In this document: positions 1-12,900 of the stretch, piece by piece | Layout of the letters: each line of letters opens with the position of its first letter | How positions within the stretch are numbered: position 1 is the first letter of the stretch | Source of the DNA: Sminthopsis crassicaudata | Lineage: Eukaryota | Assembly: GCF_048593235.1 (NCBI RefSeq) | Contig: NC_133618.1 | Span: forward strand, 511,085,675-511,149,674 | DNA length: 64,000 bases | Direction of reading: 5' to 3' | Program-made: the position numbers and the translations under genes | The notes under the pieces: generated by a model | Database searches by the model: none | Told to the model about the DNA's origin: nothing | Seen by the model: only the letters and a program-made list of their open reading frames with translations

Positions 1-679
1 TAGAGCTGGGAGAGAGCAGACTTTGGGAAATTTGAGATTCTATAAGAGACCATTTATAACTATGTAATTGCAGATTTTCAGATTTTGTATAAATCGGTTC
101 TTTAAAAATTTACATGCAGTCTTATTTAAAGTGAATTTTTTTCCTATAAGGGTTCATATTTCAATTGTGATTATCTGATCCTCTAAAATTATAAAATAAA
201 CCAGGATGAAAAACACTTAAAATTTGGCCTTCAAGGTAAATATTTATTTATAAGACCACCCGTCTGATTTTATCAAATATTTTTCTCCTCCAAAACCGGT
301 TAGTTACATTTATTAAAACGAACCATGTTTACCAGCTTACTAAAAAGGTGCGCGGATTCGGCAGTAATTCATGGTTTGAAATCCCACCTCGCGAGAGTAT
401 TTTAAAATAGCGTTCCGGTTACTTTCACACGCTTTTGTGATGGAGGGCCGTTTTCCTATACAATTTTGCCTCTCGGATTTACATTAAATTTCAAGTGGAA
501 TACTGAATGATATCATCCTAAGTGAAACTTTAACTGCAGAATTTTGGGGGGGAAAAAAAAAACAATAATAAAAAAAAAAAAAACCCAAACAAAAAAAAGT
601 CAGACTATCCTAAGTAATCTTTCAAGAAACGCTTCTCCGCCAAGAAACTGCCGCACTCACGCGACCCTGTCAGACACTG

Positions 680-860
680 AACGTACTCTCCATTGGTTCA
701 ATCTGACACGTGTCCGTTCTCTTACTAGGGAAAACACTCTTATGTCACTGAATAATTTACATGGTGACCGCCTATTGGCGCTTAGAAATCATCTTCTTCT
801 CCTGATTGGTTGATGACGTGTCCCCGCTTCTTGGGGCGGAGCTTGCGGAGGAAGTGTTAG
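680..860 (+). promoter_or_regulatory. METTL17 TATA-less proximal promoter
   Basis: Inverted CCAAT boxes (ATTGG) at 692-696, 774-778 and 805-809; CACGTG at 707-712; TGACGT at 814-819; GC box GGGGCGGAGC at 833-842; ETS core GGAAGT at 850-855; CpG-enriched; directly upstream of the ATG at 917. Confidence 0.7.
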
Positions 861-916
861 TGCTCCTGGAGGGTCACAGGCGTTTCAGTTTCCTTTTCCG
901 GTTCGCCACAGAAGTT

Positions 917-3900
917 ATGGCGGCCACCAGAAGGTTGTGCTCCCTGCTGCGGCTGGGAAGATGGAGCTGCCAATCGGCAGGAATCCCGTTATCCCGGGTG
1001 AGAGCCATTTCCTCCCAGCGCGTTTCCCTGCTTCTGGAAACATTCCCGCTTGGTCACGTCGGGAAAGCTTTGAAGGGAGAGCTCACCGCCCCCAATCCCG
1101 TAAATCAGTGTATGTGTTTGGTCACATGAAGAACTGTCATTCCCCGAAACGATGTAGTGATAGAGGGACAGAGACGCAAAGAGCGATGACAGCATGTGTG
1201 ACAGAAAAGGAAAAGGGGGAATGAGAGACGGGAAAGGGAGAAAACATAAAAGGATTATGGGAGGCGGGTTGCAAATATGCAAATAATGTGTGGGTTTAGA
1301 GGAAGTCAGAAATGGTGGGAGTGGAAGATTCCAGAGCTAGAATGGGATGAGTAATCTCAGATCTGTGCCTATGTGCAAATCAGGTGCTGGATTTATTTGC
1401 AAGGTTGTTATGGCCTGGCTGGGATCAGCATCTAAACTTACCTGTAGATTACGTAATATGAAACCAACTAGCCTCCAAATCAGAATTCATCCACTCTTCT
1501 CATTAAAGCCACCCACGGCAGTACTTGGTGCTGTGTGGTCGTGTTCTGAATCCTTGTTCAGCAGCGCCTTTCAGTTTTGGCTGAGGCAAGAGAAACCTCC
1601 TATCCCCAGAGAAGACTCGTGTTCTCCAATAGTAGAGTTAGCAGTAGAAGTGATCTTAGATACTATCTAGTTCAAACCATTGGTTTTATAAATGAAAAAA
1701 CCTCATGAGACTTAACATTTACAAGTAACAAGGGACATATGTGGGATTCAAACTCTGATTGTAAATCCAGCACACCTTCTCCCTGCACCATGCTGCCGGC
1801 CCTGGTCTGTCTTCATCCACAACACTCTCTAAAGTAGCAGTTTAGTGAATTACCTCTTAATGGAATTCAATGTCAATCCGCGCCTCCCCACATTAGTTAT
1901 TGTGAAGTGAAATATACATAAAACATTCTGCAAAACCTTAAAAGTAAAAAAATTTAAAATGAACCATTATTACCCGTATTTTTTCATGCATTAAATTACC
2001 TCATTCAGTTTTGCTCTTTCTGGAACTCAGGCACTTACTGACCTGATTCCCAGAGTGTCCCAGGAGAATGATATATTAGATTTCCTGGAGAAGCAACCGC
2101 ATCGTAAGCATCCAGGCATCTTAAATTTATCCCAAGTGCAGCTGCCACAGGCCCTGGTCATTGCAGCCCAACGCCTCTTGCAGGGTGAGTAATTCCATTG
2201 AACAAGGAAGTAAGGAGAGAAAAGAAAGAAATCTTCATTTAATTGATTAACCCCTTTTCATCTCTGGTCCACAGAAAGCTCTATACCCAACATAGAGAAA
2301 CAGGTTCAGACACTCACCAACTACCTCTGGAGTCGAAAACTTCCTGTAGAATCTGAGGAACTTCGACAAAAAGCAATACAGCTGGAAAATGAACTCCAGC
2401 AAGCTACAGGTAAAAGCTAAGATGGGCCAAAGGAAGAAGTCAGGTTAGAATAATTTAGGAAGAGAGCAAAGATTAGTTTTTGAATGAATTTTGCAGACAA
2501 AAATGTCAGTTTTCCAATATGTCTTTGTTGAAATCACTCATAAATGTTACTTAACAACTAGAAGCTAGGTATATCTGTAAAGTAATAATACTTATATTAT
2601 TTATCAAGAGTTTTCTTTGAAGACTCAATGTACAAAATGTAATGTTCTCTTCTCTAAAATAATCTTCTCTGGGAGCAGGATTTCTTGGGGGGCTTCTGGA
2701 GGCAATCTTAGTTTCAGGTCAGTTCAATAACCCCAAATGCAGCCAGGAGTTAAAGTCCAGATCCTTTATTTTCTCCTTCAAAGTCTTGAATCTTTTCCTG
2801 GGGCCCAGTTAGCTTTAATAGAGGCCTATCTTTTTCCTTGGTTCCAAGACCTCCCTCCGAATCTCCAGTCAGCACAAAGATGGAATCTGGAATGAATGTT
2901 CTCCATCTCCAAGAGTGGGATTGTGGTCTTCTGTGGGCTTGTGGGAGCCCCTCCTTATATATGCTCTCTTAAAGGTGTGAACACTAATGTGTGAACTAAG
3001 TACATAAGCATTAGCAACTTGTTTCAAGTTCTGGCCCATAACATCTCCCGATTTCTTTTGATTTAGAACATAAGGTGATCATGACCTCCCTGACTTCTCA
3101 AGGAGGTGAGAACCCCAAAAAAGAAGGTGATCATGCCTTCCCTGACTGCTCAAAAAAGAAGTGAAAACACCATAAAAAGGAGGTGGTCACACCCTCCCTG
3201 ACTTCTCAGGAAGGGAGATGAAAACACCAAAGGAAATGGGTAATCAAATCAGATTAGCGGGTTTCTGAAGGAGCTCACTTGAAACAAGTATACATAAATC
3301 CATCAATAGGGGGGTATTACAGATAATTACATAAATTACATAAGCACTTAGCAACATAACGAATCAACATAAGGAATTATACATGTCCATAAGTCCTAAA
3401 AATACTCCAAAAGGAGTCTATTGTCCATTACTTCATGTGCCGGGAATCCAATAATTCCTGCAAGCTTTGAAGTCTTACAATAGTCTCATCTTGTGGTAGG
3501 GAATCCAAAGATTCCTGATGGTTTTCAAGCCCTGCAACAGTCTTTATCAACAATTTTTCATCTCAAGGAATCCAATGATTCCTGCTGGTTTTCAAGTTCT
3601 GCAACAATCTCATTATCAGCCATACTCTTTCAGTGTCATGTTTCTTAGGTCTTCTCCTTTGTTTTGAGGTTTTTCTCCTTTTCTGTCTCTCCAAGTGCTC
3701 ATTGCTACCCATCTATTTCCTTCTCTGTCTGTAAAAATATAAGCAAACCCTCTCTCCCAGGCTGTTAACCTATCTAGTCCCTTCTATTTACCACTTTGGG
3801 GATTTCTCATTACCTGGCAATTATATTGAAGCTGTTTGCACTGGACACTGCCTTGTTGGTTTAAAAGACCTGTATTCCCCCCAATTGCAATCCCTTTCTG

Positions 3901-6900
3901 CTATCTGATTGCTTTTCTGTTGGTTGATCATGTAATCCCTTTCTGCCATCTGATTGCTTTTTGGCTGATAGATCACATCAGAGTCCTGAACTTCTAAAGA
4001 CTCTGTGGGTGTAAACTCAGCTGCCATCATGCCCCACCTGTCTTTTGTATGATATCTTGGGGCTGGGCCCTGCCCCTCATTTCCCTAGGTCAATCTACAT
4101 TCTGAGGCTCAGTGGAAGCTCTTGTGGCATTTTGGACATGGGGCTTTAGGTCTTCTCTCAGCCTTTTCTCTCGTTCTATCTCCATATCTACATTGAGTTC
4201 TCAGATGTCCTTTCTTTCCACACTGAAAACATCAACGACTCTCCTTAGAAGTCTCTTGTCAAGTCTCTTCCCATGTTCATCATAGTCTGGGTATAATAAG
4301 CATTTGTGCCCACTGTGGCATAGTGTCTTATAATCTCCTCTAAAGGACCATCTTTATGTAGTCCCCATATAATTCTTCTGCAAACCTCATTAGCATTTTC
4401 TATAGCCAGATGTCAAGTCATTATTTCTGTAGCTACATTTTCTCCAATAGTTCTTGTGACAGCTGTTTGCAAACGTCCCACAAAATCTGCAAAGGGTTCA
4501 TTGGGACCTTGCTCTATTTTTGTGAAGGCTTTACCTTCATCTTTTTCTGGGAGAGAACCCCAAGCTTTTATTTCAGCCTTAGAAATTTGCTCATACACGG
4601 TTATGGGATAATTAATCTGTGCTGAATTTCTCCATACTGACCTTTACCTGCTAGTTGGTCAAAAGTGATTTGTATATTAACTCCCATTTGCCTATTGCAT
4701 CTGGCTTGAATCCTACATAATTCATGATACTCTGAAAGCCGCAACAAGTTTTGTCCAGATTCTAAAAATGTCCTAGCTATGGATTTCCAATCACTATGGG
4801 TTAGGATTTCATAAGACAAATTATCTAGTAATATTTTTTTTTCCCCCCTGAGGCTGGGGTTAAGTGACTTGCCCAGGGTCACACAGCTAGGAAGTGTTAA
4901 GTGTCTGAGACCAGATTTGAACTCAGGTCCTCCTGAATTCAGGGCTGGTGCTCTATCCACTGCGCCACCTAGCTGCCCCATCTAGTAACATCTTAACATA
5001 AAATGATGTAGCCCCATAAAGAGTGCAACCTTTTTTCAAATGCTTAATTTTTTTCCAGATCAAAAGGAGTGTATTTTCTTCTTTTTTTTTGATCTGAAGA
5101 GTCAAGCTCTTCAATCACAGGGTATACATTTATAAAATCAGACACATCCTGCCCTTCATTTTTTGCCTTAACCAGTGCCTTTTCTAATCTTGTCATAGGT
5201 TGCTTAATAGGTGATGTTGATTGTGTTTCTGCCTCTCTCCCTCCTCCTTCTCCCTCCACCCATGAAGTATTAATTGAGGGAGGTAGGTCAGGGGATTGAA
5301 AATGCTCCTTAACTCCATTCTTATTTGATTCTTCATCCTTTTCACCTAATTTAGTTGGCACTTCCCCTTCCTACTCTTTCTTCTTTTTCCTTATTCTATA
5401 ACTTATATAATTTCCTAAAGCCAGTTGTATTAAATTGTATGTATTAAGTGTGTCTTTGGAAATTGAGTCAGGTCCATTATCATTATAGAATTGACACAAT
5501 TACTCTCCTATTAATTTCCATTTCTCTAGATCCAATTCTTTTTCCATAGAGAACCAAGGAGATATGTACTGTACTGTGTCTAAAAGTTCAGTGATCTGCT
5601 CCCAAATTATAATCAAACCTTGGCTTTTCATAAACCTGACAATGCTCTCTACACATTTTCATTGAAGAGAAACAGAAGGCTGTTTTCTAAACATCTGCCC
5701 CATTTCAGCTAAAATACTATTTTAGTCCTTTAATAAAGTTTCCTTGTTGTACTCACCCTAATTTCTGGGTCAGAGAGGCTTTTCCACTAAAATCAGGATC
5801 GTGTCCGTCTCTGGGCACCAAAATGTAATGTTCTCTTCTCTAAAATAATCTTCTCTGGGAGCAGAATTTCTTGGGGGGCTTCTGGAGGCAGCCTTAGTTT
5901 CAGTTCAGTTCAATAACCCCAAATGCAGCCAGGAGTTAAAGTCCAGATCCTTTATTTTCTCCTTCAAAGTCTTGAATCTTTTCCTGGGGCCCAGTTAGCT
6001 TTAATAGAGGCCTATCTTCTTCCTTGGTTCCAAGACCTCCCTCCGAATCTCCAGCCAGCACAAAGGTGGAATCTGGAATGAATGTTCTCCATCTCCAAGA
6101 GTGGGATTGTGGACTTCTGTGGGCTTGTGGGAGCTCCTCTTTATACATGCTCTTTTAAAGGTGTGAACACTAATGTGTGAACTCCTTTAAAGGTGTGAAC
6201 TAAGTAGATAAGCATTAGCACCTTGTTTCAAGTTCTGGCCCATAACACAAAACACTTTGTAAATGGTAAACACAAAATGTCAGCTATTATTATAAACAAT
6301 CTCTGATTCTATTGTGCATTGTATATAAGGGGATGCCTAGATTTCCAATCCATACCTAAACCTTTCTACTTTGCTCTAGAATCATCTGGATCAGAAGTGA
6401 TCAGAAAATGTGTTGGACTTTCCCAGGTTGTACCATGGAATGAAATCCCACCCACATACATTCCTCTTATCACACCCTTAACCTAACCTAGATTTGAACT
6501 AGCTTCCAGTAGTGTTTTCACACAGATATAACATTATTGACTTCTCAGCATACTTTCGTTCAAGACAAATTTAGAAGGAAGTATCATGACTTCAGACTTG
6601 ATTTATGACCTGCCTTATATTGTTATTTGATTCATTGTTGAATGAATAGCTATTCCTTTTTAATTAATTAATTTTGTTAGCACTATCTCTTTCATTCTTC
6701 ACACTCCATTATTGAATTTTTTATTTTTTTTTAAAGTTCTCATGATATCTGTGCAGAGCCCAGCAAAACAAATTCCCACATTGGCTAAATTGAAAAATTT
6801 ATATCTCATTACATGTTTTAAGTCCATCACTCTAGCAAGTGGTAGGTGATAGATTTCATCTTTCATCCTCTAGATTCATGGTTTATCAATGCATTGGAAT

Positions 6901-9900
6901 TCCAAAATCTAAAGTTCTAAAGATATTTTTTTAATACAATGTTCTTGTCATATAAATTGTTCCAGGTTTCTCACTTCACTATATCAATTCATAAGAATCT
7001 TCCCATATTCCCCTAAAACTGTTCATTTTGTCATAATTATGGCATAATAATATATCTATTATTCATATACTATAAATTGTTTATTGTTGTTCAATTGGGT
7101 TTGACTCTGAAACCTCATTTGAAATTTTTTTGGCAAAGATACTGGAGTAGCTTAATATTTCTTTCTTTCTCTGTTCATTTTACAGATGAAGAATTGAAGC
7201 AACCAGGGTTAAGTGACATGCCTAGGGTCATACAATTTATGTATGAGGCCACATTTGACCTCAGGAAGATGAATCCTCCTGATTTCAAATCTAACACTTT
7301 GTCCACTATATCCTCATAGCTACCCATTATTTGTTTAACTATTCTCTAATAAGTGGTCACTCCTTTGGTTTGTTTGAGATTATGAATAATTATTTATGAC
7401 AGTACTTGTAAGTAACTTTGTGAAGTGCACTAGATTGCACAGACCCAGAGTTAGGAAGAAGTGTTATAGAAAAGTAAGGAAATTTCTGATCAAAGCGGGT
7501 TCCATTATCTTGAATTCCAGACCCCTACAACTCATCACATTTACAGAGAAGCAAAAGTGAATTAGTGATAGAGGTCATAAGAGGCAATGAAGGAAGATGA
7601 ACTGTCAAGGAAAGAATAATGCTCAGGTTAAACCATTATTCTTATAGCACAGAACATGTCTTTCATTTTTATATAATATTTTTCTGTAGGTTTAGAAGCC
7701 TCCTGGGTTTTAAGTCCCTGCTTGGGGGGGGTGGGCGGGAAATGAGATAAAAGTATTCCCATACTAGTTGCTGGGTTTCATCTTTCTGGCTCCTCAACTC
7801 TAGTCTTTACTTTGCTTTCTCTTCTCAGGATCATTACAGTCAGAGAAACAGCTTCGTGGAGCTGTGTTGAGTGCTCTACGCAAAACTATCTACCATTGGC
7901 AAAAACTAAGGTAAGGAAATTGCCCCAAAGCAGTATGGGGGAGAGAAGAGAAGAGGTTTGTCATAAAAGAAAGAAAAGAAACTTTACTCCAAGAAAAAAG
8001 ATAGGGGCATTAGAGACCAGGGAGATCCCTTGATAAACTGGGGGGGGAATTTGGTTAGGCATCATATTCTTGCTTTCTCAGTGAGTAAAGCAGGGACTGG
8101 AGGAAAGGAGAGAATTTGGAGAGCAAAAAAGTTTTTCAATGTTTTTTTTTTTTTTTTTTTTTTTTTTCAAATAAATGATGAATAAATTTAGAGGAAATCA
8201 AGACATGTTTTGATGCAGAGTAAAGTAAGCAGAACCAACAGAGTAATTTATACAATAAAAAAAAAGAAAGAAAGAAAAAAGCTTTTAAAGATTTTAGATG
8301 TCTTTATCAACGAAAACAGTAAACAGTTCAAAAAGATGATGTTCTTAACCTCCTGACAGAGAAGTGGGAATGTGGGAATTTGTTTTGTTGGACTGTGGAG
8401 GGATGTATTATTTTTGTTTTGTGGCATTTTGCTCAGTTAGGGATAGTGGGAGAGACAAATTAATTTTGAAAAATAGATAATTGAAAGAATAAAAAGAAAA
8501 AAAGGACCCGTCAGGACTTTTGGGGAAGAGAGGAAAGGAAAGGAATGAAAAGTCCTCCTAATATTCTTAGTAGCTGTATCAAGTTAGTTAAATGTAAATT
8601 TTAAGTTACTCCTGTTTAATACTGTTTAGAACTGAAATTTATGCTCTAAAATTATTTCTATTTCATTCTATTATTGAAAAAACAGACATATGAAGGGTCC
8701 TTTTCTGTGGCCTATACCATTTTCTATCTTAACAAAATTGTTTTTAGGTTGTTGAGGCTCATGTCTTTATTCATGCAACAAACAACTATTAAAACTATTG
8801 CTCTGTGCTAAATATTGGTGGGAGGGAGGGAAGAGTTAGAGGGGATTCAAAAGTAAATTAAATACAATTACTAGACTTATTTATAGGAATTCTAAAATTT
8901 GTACAAAATAACTGAAGTAAAAAATACAAATATACTGATAATACAAGAAAAGTACAAATATACTTTGAATTCAGACAAAGAAGGAATAACTACAAGCTGG
9001 ACAGATCAAAGAAAACTTGATAGAACAAATAGCATTTGAACTAGGCCTTGAAGGGCAGGATTTTAACACTGAATTCAGCAATGGGAGGCTTTGAATGACA
9101 AGCTAAAGAGAATAATAATAAGCGTAATAACAATAACAACTGACACTTATATTGCTTAAAAATTGCAAATTGTTGTTTACATTCTATCTCATTCATTCTT
9201 CACAAGAACCCTATGAAATAGATGCTATCATTGATAGCTAAGGAACCTGAGTAAAAAAGGTTAAGTGACTAGAGCCACAGGTAGTAAGTTTCTGAGGTAG
9301 AATTTGAATTGAGGTCTTCTTTATACCAAATCTAATATACTCTCCCCCTACACTTGGGTGCTTCCTATAGATAACAGTGGGTCATTGTTGAAGGTTTGTG
9401 AATATAAGGTGCCATAATGTGAGGTCTGCTTTAAAAAATGAATCCGGAAGCACTGTCTAGGATGAACTAAAAGATTAAAAGGTGAGTTAGAAGCTTTGGC
9501 AATAATCCAGGTGACACATAGTAAAGTTATAACCCAAGGATAAAGGCTATAGGAATTGTAATCATGGAGGCAAGAGATACTGTGAGACTAGGACTCTATA
9601 AGATTTGACAAATAATTATACATGCCTGGTTTCTTTGGCAGTTATGATGAAAGCCTGAGCTTGCTATACATGGCAGCACGACTAGATGGTGGCTTTGCAG
9701 CTGTCTCCAGAGCCTTCCATGAGGTAAAGCCCCTTAGTTTCTATTCCAAGACAGATCTCTGAGATATCCACAAACTTTCAAAGATCTTACATCTAACCTC
9801 TTCCCTAGTCCTCCATTCTGAGTAATCTCTAGCAAGTTCCCAAGTCATTCCTGGTATCTGTTACTTTGTTTCTTCAGATCCAAGCTCGTGTTCCAGACTT

Positions 9901-12900
9901 TAAGCCACAAACTTTAATGGATTTTGGCTCAGGCACTGGTTCTGTTACTTGGTGAGTGACTCAAGTTAGCATTAGCCCTACCATTTCCATCTTCAGGAAA
10001 CCCTATACCAGAAACTAGTAGATTCTAGAGGAAAAGGAAGTTAAAGATTAGGCACTAATGTCATCATTAATAATTTGTTTTAATTAATTTCTAGATAGGA
10101 GTTTAAGTGCATGAAAAGGAAACTTAAGAGCATGGGGAATGGGTTAGAGTTTGGGGAAAAATAAGGACTACATTAGAAAAGGGAAAAGGAGAGAAATGTA
10201 ACATCAAGAGTAGGATGCTGCATAGCAGTTTCTAGGGTACAGACATTTTTATGAGTCAATTTCTCTCCACAGCCCTCTATCCTCCATCCAGAAGGTACAG
10301 AGAAATTAATAGAAATTATATCATTACTTTTTAACCTTTATCTGACATAGCTTACTAGTATACTTAAGAGATTATCTATTAGCAGTACTCTGTTTAAGAA
10401 CTCAGTCTTTTAGATGTTTTAAATTGTCTTCCTATCTTCACAGGGCTGCTTATAATACATGGGGCCATAGTCTTCGTGAATATTTGAATGTGGACAGCTC
10501 AGCTCCTATGCTGGCCTTAGCAGAAAGGCTTCTGAAAGGTGAGGACAAGTCAGTATAAGGTTGAAATGATCTACAAAGGCAAAGGACTAGGTAGAAGAGG
10601 TTGTGATAGAGTGAAGAAGGAAAATTACATATCCCTTTAAAAAAAAAAAAAGATTCTTCCAAAAGATCAGATAGATCCAATATCCTTTTGTATTTTCATG
10701 AGAAAAGCAAAGGGTAGTATTCCTTTGCTGAGCTGAGAATGGGCCAGCTGGAGTCAAAATAAGAAAAGGAATCCTTTTCTCTTCCTACTCCTCCCATGCC
10801 TTTCCTTCTCCAGCCTATCTCATACTTATTTTTTTCTCTGTTCCTGGGATTTTTATTCTCTATTTAGATGTCCCTTCCCTCCTCTGTCCCCCAGACACAT
10901 TTTAACTAATTATCTTATTTATTCCCCAGGTGGTTTAGATTCTGGGAAACCTCATGTTCCAGGAGTCTTTTTTAGACAGTTTCTCCCAGTTTCACCAAAG
11001 GCAAGTGCCAGATTTCTTCAATATACTGATAGAGGAAGAGGCAAATGGAAAATTTCAGCATTGACATTCTATATAGAAAATATATATTTGGGGGCAGTAG
11101 ATGGTGCAATGGATAGAGCTCCAGCCCTGAAGTCAGGAGGACCTGAGTTCAAATGTGGTCTCAGACACTTAACACTTTCTAGCTGTCTGGACAAGTCACT
11201 TAATCCCAATTGCCTCAGCCAAAAAAAAGAAAGAAAGAAAATATATATTTATATAGAAATTCTTATCGCACAGCCTGAGTATTTGGCAATGGGTGGAAAC
11301 AAAACATAAGGGAAGTAGAAATTGGGGAGAGCCTTAGGGATGGAGAGAAGTCTGTCTAAAATGTCCCTTGCCTTGATTTCCAGATACAGTATGATGTGGT
11401 AGTTTCTGCTTTTTCTCTAAGTGAGTTACCCAGCATGGCTGATCGAAGCGAAGTCATCCAAACTTTGTGGCGTAAGACAGGCCACTTCCTGGTAAGCCGA
11501 GATCTCCCTTCTCCTCTCAGTAAACCACTTAAGTTCAACCTCTCTTGTATGAATCAACCCCCATCCTTAAAACACCTTCAACAGGCGCTACTATACCCAC
11601 AAGCTTCTCCCTTATTTCTTTTCTTAGCCAAACTCCTTGAAAAAGCTATCTATAATCATTGTCTTTATTTTTTTTTCCTTCCATTCTCTTCTAAACTCTC
11701 TGCAGCTGACTTCCAACCTCATTGCTCACTGAAACTACTCTTTGAAAAGTAATTAATGAACTTAATTGCCAAATTCTTTTCTTGTTCTTCACCCTTCTCA
11801 ACCTCCCTGCATCACTATTGATCACTCTCTCCTCTTGGATACTCTTCTTTCTGGGTTTTCATTACATTGTTTCATCATCTATAAGAAATCCCTTAACTGT
11901 TGGTATACTTTAAAGCTCTCTCTCCTATGCCCTCTTTTTTTCTTTGACTATACTTTTTCTTTTAGTGAACTCATTTATTTTCATGGTTTTAATTATCAGC
12001 TTTAAAGTGATGACTCCAATTCTATAATTCTACCCATATTCTCTTAGTTGAGAGCTAGTCTTTTATTAGACTGCAACCATTTATTAGTGCTACCTATGTG
12101 CCAGACACTGTGATGAGCACTAGGAATACAAATACAGCCCCTGTCCTCAAGGAGCTTACATTTAATTAGGAAAGACAATACATTAAAAAAGAGAGAGAAG
12201 CTGGAAAAAATTGGAATCAGGGAAGCAGGTCATTCACTGGAACAGGACATGGTAGAGAAATTCTAGAGTACAGCCTGGAGAGAGATGAGACATAGCTGTC
12301 TTAGGTGCTCTTCTTAAATGGAGGTTGTCTGAAGAGCCATCCAATGGGGAGCAGCCCCAGGGATGGAATGTCTCTTCTGCTACAGAAGAGTTTGGTTCAG
12401 CATCTGAGTGAGAACACTTGCACAGGATTTTCTTTTAAGTCAGAACTTTGTTATTGCCAAAGCAGTCATGGGTAACTAATTGGCAGTTAGCATTAGGGAG
12501 GGGGGGGGGAGGACAAAAACTTTTATACCAACATTTTGGCTCTAAGCCATGTTAGGAACACTATAGATTGCTTTAAAAAAAAAAAAAAAAAACCAGAATA
12601 CTTTTCAAACAGTAACTAGCCATGGTCTGTTAAAGACAGAGTTAGTCAAAACAGCAACTTGGTTGCCTAGGTTCAAAAAATAGTTTATGGAGCAAGTGTT
12701 CCTTCTATGGGCCTAGTAAGTCTAAACATATTTGTTAGTAATTTAAGAAAATGTTTATGTTAGTAATATTCATAAGCTCTGGAGGGCCCAGGGTCAGGTG
12801 TAGTGTTCTTGGTTAGTTTTCTGGAGGTCTCTGGACAGCCTTCGTTTCAGCTGAGTAATCACTACAAAAATAGCCAGGGATAAAATCCAAATTCTTTATT

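Larger units (their letters stand above)
2638..6247 (-). mobile_element. Internally deleted betaretrovirus-like (ERV2/ERVK-class) LTR element in METTL17 intron 3
   Basis: Two near-identical TG...CA LTRs (2638-3043, 5824-6247); 5-bp TSD CAAAA (2633-2637, 6248-6252); PBS-like TGGTGCCCAGAGACGGAC (5820-5803); PPT-like AAAAGAAATCGGGAGA abutting the 3' LTR. Decayed gag runs from MGQ at 5703 through a major-homology-region-like segment ([16 protein letters not shown]) to two CCHC knuckles. An integrase C-terminal remnant ([23 protein letters not shown]) lies at about 3690-3820. Confidence 0.92.

Noticed and set aside
345-400. tRNA/B-box-like GGTTTGAAATCCCACC
   Set aside because: No cloverleaf, A box or acceptor stem can be built.
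806-916. 37-codon in-frame upstream extension of METTL17 from a TTG
   Set aside because: It overlaps promoter elements and probably lies partly upstream of the TSS. The ATG at 917 gives a normal mitochondrial presequence.
4097-4138. TGG-to-TGA stop in the gag knuckle as possible deaminase editing
   Set aside because: One or two events cannot establish hypermutation, and neutral decay explains them.
4601-4981. 126-aa minus-strand ORF starting [18 protein letters not shown]
   Set aside because: It is a SINE read in frame into a gag fragment, not a gene.
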